A stretch of 64,000 bases of DNA from Planctomicrobium piriforme (GTDB lineage: Bacteria; Planctomycetota; Planctomycetia; Pirellulales; UBA1268). Below the pieces are notes generated by a model. That model saw only the letters and a program-made list of their open reading frames with translations, was not told where the DNA came from and searched no databases. A program made the translations under genes and the position numbers. Of this stretch, positions 50,163-60,730 are shown piece by piece. Position 1 is the first letter of the stretch, and the number at the start of each line of letters is the position of its first letter. The stretch spans positions 6,733 through 70,732 of the forward strand of contig CAMBPQ010000005.1 in assembly GCA_945869735.1 (NCBI GenBank), read 5' to 3'.

Positions 50163-51002
50163 AGAATCCGTCTGTTACGGAGGCTTCCCAGCTTGACACA
50201 AACACCTTCCTTCGCGACCGATCCGGTCGATCCGCAGCGACTGAAGCGCGCCACGGGCCTCACGACGGTGGAGGTGCTCGCGGAGGCCTGCTCCACAATG
50301 GATCGAGCCCGAGAGATCGTGGCGGATCCCGCCTGCCCTCTGCCCGCCGCCATCGTCGCCGATCGGCAGACGCTCGGCCGCGGGCGGCGGGCGGCCCGCT
50401 GGTGGCAGCCGCCGGGAAGCCTCGCCGTGAGCCTCGTGGTCGACGCCGCCGCGGGCCCGCGGCCGATCTGGTCGCTCGCCTGCGGCGTGGCAGTCGCCGA
50501 GGCGATCCGGTCGCTCGAGCCGAACGTCGCGGCCGTCGTGCGCTGGCCCAATGACGTCGAAGTCGATGGCCGCAAGCTCGCCGGCATTCTCGTCGAGGCA
50601 TCGCCGACGGGCCGGACCATTTTCGGTATCGGGGTGAACACGACTGGGAGCGTGCACACCGCGCCGAAAGGGCTGCGGCACAGGCTCGTGACACTTCCCG
50701 ATCTCACGGGCAGGACACTGCCGCGGCAGAGACTCCTCGACGCCCTCGTGCCGCGGCTGCTCAGACTACTCGTTGACCTTGAGGCCGATCCCAACGCTCT
50801 TGAGTCGCGCTACCGGTCGCTCTGCGCATTAAACGGCACATTCGTCCGCGTGCACTCCCCAACCGGCGTGCACGCCGGCACCTGCAGAGGCATCGCGGCA
50901 GACGGGGCGCTGGTGCTCGACACCGAAGCCGGTCTGGTGCTCCTGCGCTCCGGGAGCCTCACGCCCCCGGGCGACGAATGGCGCGGCGACGCGGCAGGCT
51001 GA
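50154..51002 (+). CDS. birA: biotin--[acetyl-CoA-carboxylase] ligase
   Basis: ADRQTLGRGRRAARWWQPPGSLAVSLVV (the GRGRxGRxW-type biotin-binding loop), WPNDVEVDGRKLAGILVE and IFGIGVN. The start is uncertain, because ATG 50154 lies inside the last family-A repeat. Confidence 0.75.
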   Translation: MPSRIRLLRRLPSLTQTPSFATDPVDPQRLKRATGLTTVEVLAEACSTMDRAREIVADPACPLPAAIVADRQTLGRGRRAARWWQPPGSLAVSLVVDAAAGPRPIWSLACGVAVAEAIRSLEPNVAAVVRWPNDVEVDGRKLAGILVEASPTGRTIFGIGVNTTGSVHTAPKGLRHRLVTLPDLTGRTLPRQRLLDALVPRLLRLLVDLEADPNALESRYRSLCALNGTFVRVHSPTGVHAGTCRGIAADGALVLDTEAGLVLLRSGSLTPPGDEWRGDAAG

Positions 51003-52056
51003 CGACGCGGCGGGCCCGCATGGCGACAACACAGATCTCGCGGCCGCCCGTCGAGAGTTGCCGCGCCCGTGGCTCGTAGCCCCATGACCGGATCTCCGCC
51101 AGCCAGCCCGTGATTGCTACGGCCCGCGACCAGTCGGGCAGCTTGAGGGTGGCGATAATGCCCTTGGGACGGCCGCGGCCCTCGACCACGATCCTGGCAA
51201 GGGCCGCCATCGTGCTCGTGGGGTCGATGTTCATGTCGGCCAGCAGCCAGTCACACCCCTTGAACCGTCTGAGTTGCACCTCGCGAGCGCGCATCCGCCA
51301 TTGCGCGAACCGTGGATGCCTCGCCACGCGTTCGTCAACGAGCGCCGCGTCGACGCCAATCACATCAAGCCCCGCCTCGAGCAGCCGCAGGCATGCGCCA
51401 CCCGGCGCAGCGCCGAGTTCGATCGCCCGCTCGCCCGGTTCGAGCGTCACCTCGAAGGTCGCGAGCGCCTCGCCGAGCTTGAGCCACGCCCGCGACACCT
51501 TGTCGTCACCGAGGCTGCCCGGATAGAGGCCGCCCGGCCACGTGCTCGCCGGCGTAGCCGCACGATGCCAGCCCACCCACCAGCGTTCGGCCGAGTCGAG
51601 CACACAGTCGAGGACAAGGTCACCGGGCCGCGCGACCGGATCGGGCAGTGACAAAAGCCCGCAGGCCTCGGCGACCATCTCGCGGACAAGAGCAACAGGC
51701 AGGTCGCTCCGCGGATCGCGAGCCCAGACATGAACGTTGTCCCACGCGGTGTCGGCCACGAGACGCCGAACTCCCGCGGCACACGCCCGAGCGGAGTCGC
51801 CGGTCACCTGACCAAGCGAACGGACAGCCGCGCGGGCAAAGACGAGGTCGGGAAAGAAGTCATCCGGAGGGTCAAACCCGTCGGGGCCGATGCGGAACGT
51901 CATGGCGCCCCGTCGCCATGCCCCCCGAGTGAAGCCCGGGAGAACTTCCGCCTGACGCAGAGTCAGCGCGGATTCGGCCCCGCCCTGGCAGGAAAAGAGC
52001 AGGAAATCGCCGCGGGGCGACGGAGCGGGTGTCAGGGGGGTGGTCGGGGCCGGCAT
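50959..52056 (-). CDS. FtsJ-like SAM-dependent rRNA 2'-O-methyltransferase (RlmM-like)
   Basis: SRAWLKLGEAL...AIELGAAPGGACLRLLEAG..VIGVD...WLLADMN...ATLKLP parallels the RlmM C-terminal catalytic domain. The 3' end overlaps the birA 3' end by 44 bp. Confidence 0.6.
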   Translation of the reverse strand: MPAPTTPLTPAPSPRGDFLLFSCQGGAESALTLRQAEVLPGFTRGAWRRGAMTFRIGPDGFDPPDDFFPDLVFARAAVRSLGQVTGDSARACAAGVRRLVADTAWDNVHVWARDPRSDLPVALVREMVAEACGLLSLPDPVARPGDLVLDCVLDSAERWWVGWHRAATPASTWPGGLYPGSLGDDKVSRAWLKLGEALATFEVTLEPGERAIELGAAPGGACLRLLEAGLDVIGVDAALVDERVARHPRFAQWRMRAREVQLRRFKGCDWLLADMNIDPTSTMAALARIVVEGRGRPKGIIATLKLPDWSRAVAITGWLAEIRSWGYEPRARQLSTGGREICVVAMRARRVVSLPRRRAIRRPGA

Positions 52057-52079
52057 CAGCCAATGGTACCAACGAAATT

Positions 52080-52115
52080 AGGCCGGCCCGGGCGCCCAAG
52101 GGCCCGGGCCGGCCT
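52080..52115. other. very stable GC hairpin between the micro-ORF and the rlmM-like gene
   Basis: AGGCCGGCCCGGGC-gcccaagg-GCCCGGGCCGGCCT forms a 14-bp perfect stem, 24 nt upstream of the rlmM-like start codon. Confidence 0.6.
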
Positions 52116-52322
52116 TTCTCGTCTGAGCGTGGACGCTCCAAGTGCTCCGGTTTGGGGCGGAAACCGCCCGTCGGCCGAAGGTCGGAGCGAAGGAGGCAGG
52201 CCACCAGAGGCGACCCACCGGACCTCACGAATGAGATCCCGGCGTCTCACCGCGTCGAAATGATCCCTGGGAGATGATCTTCTAGAGAGGATCTCCTGGA
52301 GGGAATCACTTCAACGGATGAT

Positions 52323-52385
52323 TCAGCCGTGACCCTTCTTCTTCTTGGCGACCTTCTTGGCAGCCTTCTTCTTCTTTTTCGCCAT
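52323..52385 (-). CDS. candidate micro-ORF encoding a 20-aa poly-lysine peptide (MAKKKKKAAKKVAKKKKGHG)
   Basis: ATG 52385 is preceded by AAGGAG (52394-52399) with an 8-nt spacer, and the ORF ends at TGA 52323-52325. It is too short for the ORF track. Confidence 0.35.
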   Translation of the reverse strand: MAKKKKKAAKKVAKKKKGHG

Positions 52386-52762
52386 GGAAATGGCTCCTTG
52401 CCGTGAGCATCCTGAAAGGTTCTCACATCCACTCCCCCGGATACTCTTGGGAGGGGAGTGGACGACGTTTCAGCACGAAGAAGATGGTGATCACTCACCA
52501 TCGACCCCACACCGATGGAATAGTTGTGGTGGATGCACGCGAAAACTGTCAAGAGAACTTCTTGGAAAAAATCGATTTTTTTCCAGCGATTGTTCGCCGC
52601 GATCGTGCGTGGCGAGGTCTCGGTAGTCTGCGAGTGCTGCTCGCACGGGACGCAAGCGGCGTGTGTGCGGTCGATCGCACGTTGGTATCATCGCCTCTTG
52701 TTGGTCGTTTTCTTGCTTGTTGATGTATCTGTCTTCTCTACGAGGTGCCGCGAGCCGCAGCC

Positions 52763-53965
52763 ATGGAGTCGAAGAGCCTACGCACCGCCCGCCGCATGCG
52801 GGCCCTCGAGCCATCGGCCACGCTTGCCATGGCGGCCCGCGCCTCGGCGATGACCGCGGCCGGCATCGACGTTATCGATCTCTCGGTGGGCGAACCTGAC
52901 TTTCCCACCCCCGCGCACATCTGCCGGGCTGCCGAGGAGGCGATCCGAGCCGGGAAGACGAAATACACGCCCGCCGCCGGCATCCCTCAGCTCCGCGCCG
53001 CCGTCGCCGCCGACTATTCCCGCCGCACGGGCCTGGCCGTGTCGCCGGCGCAGGTTGTCGTCTCCAACGGGGCCAAGCACTCGCTTCACAACGTGTTTAC
53101 CGCACTGCTCGACGAGGGAGACGAGGTAATCGTGCCCACGCCCTACTGGGTGAGCTATGCGGAGCTCATCAAGCTCGCCGGGGCCAAGCCTGTGCTCGTC
53201 GAAACACGGATCGAGGACGACTTCAAGCTCTCGCCCGCGGCCCTCCGGGCGGCCCTTACGCCCCGATCGCGGATGCTCCTCCTCTGTTCGCCGAGCAACC
53301 CGACGGGCGTCGTGTATTCGGCTGAGGAACTCGGGGCCCTGGCCGACGTCGCGATCGAACGCGACCTCGCCGTCGTCTCAGACGAGATCTACGACCAGCT
53401 CGTCTACGACGGCCGCGCGAGCGTCTCTTTTCCCACGCTCCGGCCCGGGCTTGAGCACCGCACCGTGGTGGTCGCTGGTGTGAGCAAGACCTATTCGATG
53501 ACCGGCTGGCGGATCGGCTGGACGATCGCCCCCGAACCGCTCTCCAAGGCGATCGCCAATCTCCAGAGTCAGGAGACGAGCAACCCCGCGAGCGTGAGTC
53601 AGCATGCCGCCGTGGCCGCGCTCACCGGCCCGCAGGAGTGCGTGGCCGAGATGTGCCGGGCGTTCGAGCGCCGGCGGGACTTCGTGGTCCGGCGGCTCGA
53701 ATCACTGCCGGGTATCCGGCTGCCGGAGATCGGCGGCGCGTTCTACGCCTTTTTCGACATCCGCCAGCCGCTCGAGCGAATGCGCTCCGCCGGCATCGGC
53801 ACCAGCACGGCCTGGTGCGAGGCGCTCTTGGAGCAGAAGCACGTGGCGCTCGTTGCGGGCAGCGCGTTCGGCGCTGAAGGTCACGTCCGCATGTCGTTCG
53901 CGGCAGCGGAGGAGAAATTGGCCGCGGGGATCGACCGGATCGCCTCATTCCTTGACGCCAGCTGA
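52763..53965 (+). CDS. pyridoxal-phosphate-dependent aspartate aminotransferase (class I)
   Basis: DLSVGEPDFPTP, the YTPAAGIP.LR motif, the PLP lysine context SKTYSMTGWRIGW and NP.S..Q.AA. Confidence 0.9.
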   Translation: MESKSLRTARRMRALEPSATLAMAARASAMTAAGIDVIDLSVGEPDFPTPAHICRAAEEAIRAGKTKYTPAAGIPQLRAAVAADYSRRTGLAVSPAQVVVSNGAKHSLHNVFTALLDEGDEVIVPTPYWVSYAELIKLAGAKPVLVETRIEDDFKLSPAALRAALTPRSRMLLLCSPSNPTGVVYSAEELGALADVAIERDLAVVSDEIYDQLVYDGRASVSFPTLRPGLEHRTVVVAGVSKTYSMTGWRIGWTIAPEPLSKAIANLQSQETSNPASVSQHAAVAALTGPQECVAEMCRAFERRRDFVVRRLESLPGIRLPEIGGAFYAFFDIRQPLERMRSAGIGTSTAWCEALLEQKHVALVAGSAFGAEGHVRMSFAAAEEKLAAGIDRIASFLDAS

Positions 53966-53981
53966 CACGAGCCACCACGCC

Positions 53982-55202
53982 ATGGCCGCCGACGCCCCAT
54001 CGCCACGCGGGGATGCCGTGTATCTCGACCACGCGGCCGCCACACCTCTGCGGCCCGAGGTGGCTGCCGCCATGCAGGAGGCCGCGGGCACCGCGTTTGC
54101 CAACCCGTCGAGCCCTCATGCCGCCGGCCGCCGGGCCCACGCTGCCCTCGAGGACGCCCGTGAGCGGATCCTCGCGGCGATCGGATGCAACACCAGCGGC
54201 CCCCACCGCGACCGACTCGTGTTCACCAGCGGGGCGACCGAGGCCAACCGGCTCGGCGTAGTCGGTGCGGCCGCCGGACTCAGCGGGTGCATCGCCTGGT
54301 CGGCCCGCGATCATTCGAGCGTTGCCGCGGCCGCCCAGGATCTCGTGGATCAGGGATGGGCGGCGACCTCCCTGGAGCTCGACGAACGCGGTGCGGTGGC
54401 GGCGGCAGGGCGATTTGTGGAGGCGCTGCCCGCCGATGGCCGGGCCATCCTCTGCACAACCCCCGTCTGCGGGCAGACCGGCATCTGTGACTGGCGCGAG
54501 CCGCTCCCCGGCTGGATGAGGTCTCATCCGCGGCTGCTCGTGCATGCCGACGCGACGCAGGCGGTCGGCTGGGCCGAGGTCCCGTTCCGGGATCTCGCCG
54601 CGATGACCATCGCCTTCGCCCCGCACAAGTTCGGCGGCCCGCGGGGGATCGGCGGCCTCGTGGTCCGCAGCGGGATTCAGATCGAACCGCTCGTGCCAGG
54701 GCCTCAGGAGTTGGGCCTGCGGGGCGGCACGGAGCCGACTTGTCTTGCCGTGGGATTCGCGCGGGCCGTCGAACTGGCCGTGGCAGAGCGCGCCGAGACG
54801 ACCCAGCGGCTGACACGGCTACGGGACCTCTTCGAATCCCGCCTGGCGACGGCGGCCGCCGCTGCCGGCCTCGGCCTCTGCGTGGTCGGGAAGACATCTG
54901 ATCGCGCCCCACACATTTCGACCGTGGCGATCTCCGGTTGCGACCGACAGGTGATCGCGATGGCCGCCGATCTTGCGGGCGTCTGCCTGGCGACCGGCAC
55001 GGCATGCGCCAGTGGATCGAGCGAGCCGAGCCCGGCCGTCGCCGCGCTCGGCATGCCGGCCTGGGTCACACACGGGGCCGTTCGCATCAGCTTCGGACGG
55101 AGCACGTCGGAGCAGGACGTCCTGGCCGCGAGTGAACGGCTCATCGCGGTGTTCCGCGGGATCGCGACGGGCGGCCTTCACCCCGCGCCCCGGCACCGCT
55201 AG
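53982..55202 (+). CDS. cysteine desulfurase (class V aminotransferase, IscS/NifS-like)
   Basis: YLDHAA.TPL, NPSSPH, FTSGATEAN, the PLP lysine in FAPHKFGGPRGIG and the catalytic Cys loop ATGTACASGSSEPS. Confidence 0.85.
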   Translation: MAADAPSPRGDAVYLDHAAATPLRPEVAAAMQEAAGTAFANPSSPHAAGRRAHAALEDARERILAAIGCNTSGPHRDRLVFTSGATEANRLGVVGAAAGLSGCIAWSARDHSSVAAAAQDLVDQGWAATSLELDERGAVAAAGRFVEALPADGRAILCTTPVCGQTGICDWREPLPGWMRSHPRLLVHADATQAVGWAEVPFRDLAAMTIAFAPHKFGGPRGIGGLVVRSGIQIEPLVPGPQELGLRGGTEPTCLAVGFARAVELAVAERAETTQRLTRLRDLFESRLATAAAAAGLGLCVVGKTSDRAPHISTVAISGCDRQVIAMAADLAGVCLATGTACASGSSEPSPAVAALGMPAWVTHGAVRISFGRSTSEQDVLAASERLIAVFRGIATGGLHPAPRHR

Positions 55203-55278
55203 GCTTCCTAAAGGTGAGCGCTGGCAGGGACGCCCGCGAGTGGTGATTCCACGGGGCCCCGGTTCGGGGCGTCATCCC

Positions 55279-56145
55279 ATGGCGGTGTCTCGAAAATCGC
55301 GTGTTCAGGTGCAGACGCCCCGGGCGGGGATCGACGCCGCCGCATTGGCTCGACGGGAACTGCTCGCCTTGCTGTCGGCCGCCGCCGGCACGCGGGTCGC
55401 CGTCTACCAGCCACTCGTGCTGGTGCGGCCCGATGCCGCAACGGATCTGCTTGGCGACATCCGCAATGTCTGTCTGGGGTCTACCTCCGACGGAAACGCC
55501 ATCGCCGATGGCCGGGAACTCGGATCGATGCTCGCCACTGCCGAGGCCCACGACCGCCTTGATCGACTCCACGCCCGCCTGCTCTCGAAGCCATTCCTGC
55601 TCGTGCGGGGCGTCGATCGCCTCGCCTCGCCTCACTGCCAGCACCTCTTCGCAAGATTGCTCGATGCCGCCGCGGAAGCCGGCACGCTGGTCTGCGTGTC
55701 ACTGGCCCGGACGCCGGTCGCGGCGGGGCTTGAGGCGGCACTCGAGTCGCGGCTTTCCGCCGGCATGGTGCTCTCCCTTCCAGCGGCCGACCGGAGCCTC
55801 GATCGGGATGCTGGCATGGTGCCATCACGATCCATCGCCAGCCTGATTCGGTCGACGGCGCGGCATCACGGCATCGCCGCCGAGGTGCTCATTGGCCATG
55901 GCCGTCAGCAGTGCGTGGTTCGCATCCGCAGCGTGGCGATGTATCTGGCCCGGCGGCTGACGATCCACAGCCTGGAGGAGATTGGCAAGGCTTTTGGCGG
56001 CAGACAGCACACCACCGTGATGCGGAGCGTCCGCAGCGTAAACAAGTGGATCCGTGCCGATCACGGCTTCGCGCAGGACGTGGAAAAAATTGTGGGGGAA
56101 CTGCGGGCACCACGGCTCCGTCGCCGCAGGCATCCGGCGGGATGA
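55279..56145 (+). CDS. DnaA-like protein: DnaA domain IV plus a degenerate AAA+ core without Walker A/B
   Basis: The C-terminal VRIRSVAMYLARRLTIHSLEEIGKAFGGRQHTTVMRSV is a DnaA DNA-binding-domain signature. The central LLVRGVDRLA...GTLVCVSLARTP...LESRLSAGMVLSL aligns to the DnaA box VI-VII region. No GxxGxGKT is present. The gene occupies the dnaA position upstream of dnaN. Confidence 0.7.
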   Translation: MAVSRKSRVQVQTPRAGIDAAALARRELLALLSAAAGTRVAVYQPLVLVRPDAATDLLGDIRNVCLGSTSDGNAIADGRELGSMLATAEAHDRLDRLHARLLSKPFLLVRGVDRLASPHCQHLFARLLDAAAEAGTLVCVSLARTPVAAGLEAALESRLSAGMVLSLPAADRSLDRDAGMVPSRSIASLIRSTARHHGIAAEVLIGHGRQQCVVRIRSVAMYLARRLTIHSLEEIGKAFGGRQHTTVMRSVRSVNKWIRADHGFAQDVEKIVGELRAPRLRRRRHPAG

Positions 56146-56675
56146 CGCCCGACGCACGCGTGTGAGTTCACTGTTGAGTGGGTGGTTCGAAACGGCCGGC
56201 CGCCGAACCGACAAAAGAACCCGCCGCTGCGGCACCAGAAAACCAACCAGCACCGCCTCGTGTGTGGGCATGTTGCTGAAAAGCCCATGCCGGGCAACCC
56301 ACTGCCACCATGCATCCTCATGATGCCTGACCGTCACCGGTTCACCATTCAACCAACAGACCATGCACATCGACGTCCTGTCGAAATATCGCATTTTTTA
56401 GGCGAATAGTCGGCGGTTTTTGCCCCTCACTGCGAGCGTTGTTGGTTTTCGAACGGGAGCCGTTCGCTGGTCGGCTGTTTCTTCTTACCTTGAATACTCT
56501 TTCCTGTTGTCTCCTTTCATTACGTAATGACAAAAATCCAGCCAGCATTCCGCGTTCAATCGGCCCTTGGCCGTCCGCGGCATGCACGCCGGGGGCATTT
56601 CAGCAGGCTCTTTTTCGGGTACAGTAAGGGGCTTCGGGATTCACTGTGAGTACCGGGAAAGGATCGAGATCGTCG
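56146..56675. other. candidate replication origin / regulatory spacer between the dnaA-like gene and dnaN
   Basis: This 530-bp non-coding gap is much longer than other gaps in the window. It has the lowest-GC stretch seen locally (56478-56540), the perfect palindrome TCATTACGTAATGA (56517-56530), the hairpin CGAACGG-GAG-CCGTTCG (56451-56467) and three AACCAAC heptamers (56241 +, 56351 +, 56441 -). Confidence 0.35.
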
Positions 56676-57788
56676 ATGAAGATTCGCTGCCCGAAGGAGC
56701 CACTCCTGGCCGCACTGCAAAGTGCCACGGCGGTCGTTCCCACGCGTTCGCCCAAGCCGGTGCTTACGAACGTGAAACTTGAGGCCACCCCAGGGGGCGT
56801 GGTCCTTTCGGCGACGGATCTCGAGGTCGGCATTCGGATTGAAATCGAGGGTGTGGAGATATCGGCTCCCGGTGCGGTTCTCCTACCGAGCACCCGTCTG
56901 ATGGCGATTGTCCGTGAGAGTGGGCCTGGTACCGTGTTCGATATTCATTCCGACGGCACGGCCACCGTGGTCAAGGCGCCGCGGAGCGAGTTTCGTCTGC
57001 CGGCCGAGGACCCGCTCGAGTTTCCCTCGGTGGCCACGTTTCCGACGGGTGAGTATTTCGAACTCGCGACTCCACTGGTCCGCGAGTTGGTGAAGCGGAC
57101 CGTGTTTGCGACCGACAGCGAGTCGAGCCGCTACGCCCTGGGTGGCGTGTTGGTCGAGTTCTCACAGCCGGGAGTGATTGCGGTTGGCACTGACGGCCGC
57201 CGGCTGGCGAAGATGCAGGGGCCTGCCGAGGCGCGGGATGGTGCGCAGGCCGACGCGCAGCCGATTGTGCCGGCCCGCGCGATGCAACTGATCGAACGCT
57301 GTCTCGGTGGCGGCGATCAGACTGTCCACCTCGCTGTCCGTTCCAACGAGATTCTCGTCAAAACTGGGGGCACGACGATTTCGGCCCGCCTCGTCGAGGG
57401 CCGCTTTCCCAGATGGCGAGATGTCTTCCCCGAGCGGCCCGACGCGGTCCGCGTGCAACTCGTGGCGGGACCGCTACTGGCGGCTGTGCGGCAGGCCGCA
57501 ATCGTCACCAGCGAACAGTCAAAGGGAGTCGACTTCTCGTTCGAATCAGGGCAGCTGGTGCTCTCGGGTCGGTCGGCGGAGAGCGGCGAAAGCCGGGTTG
57601 AACTGCCGATCGACTATTCCGGGGCCACCGTCAGGATCAAACTCGACCCCCGCTTCATGGCCGACTTCCTCCGTGTGCTCGACCCTGCTGCGACCGTGGC
57701 TGTCGAAATCACCGATGCACAAAGCGCTTGCGTCTGTAGCACCGAGGACGGGTACGGCTACGTCATCATGCCACTCGCGGCCGACTAA
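56676..57788 (+). CDS. dnaN: DNA polymerase III subunit beta (sliding clamp)
   Basis: MKIRCPKEPLLAALQSATAVVPTRSPKPVLTNVKLEA is the typical clamp N-terminus, the length fits three domains, and the protein ends in YVIMPL. ATG 56676 is in frame in track ORF 56646..57788. Confidence 0.9.
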   Translation: MKIRCPKEPLLAALQSATAVVPTRSPKPVLTNVKLEATPGGVVLSATDLEVGIRIEIEGVEISAPGAVLLPSTRLMAIVRESGPGTVFDIHSDGTATVVKAPRSEFRLPAEDPLEFPSVATFPTGEYFELATPLVRELVKRTVFATDSESSRYALGGVLVEFSQPGVIAVGTDGRRLAKMQGPAEARDGAQADAQPIVPARAMQLIERCLGGGDQTVHLAVRSNEILVKTGGTTISARLVEGRFPRWRDVFPERPDAVRVQLVAGPLLAAVRQAAIVTSEQSKGVDFSFESGQLVLSGRSAESGESRVELPIDYSGATVRIKLDPRFMADFLRVLDPAATVAVEITDAQSACVCSTEDGYGYVIMPLAAD

Positions 57789-60671
<2,883 letters not shown>

Positions 60672-60730
60672 GGTTGTATTGCTGAAAGGCGGCGGGGGCG
60701 AGATTCGGCAGGTCAAAAAGAGCCATCCCG

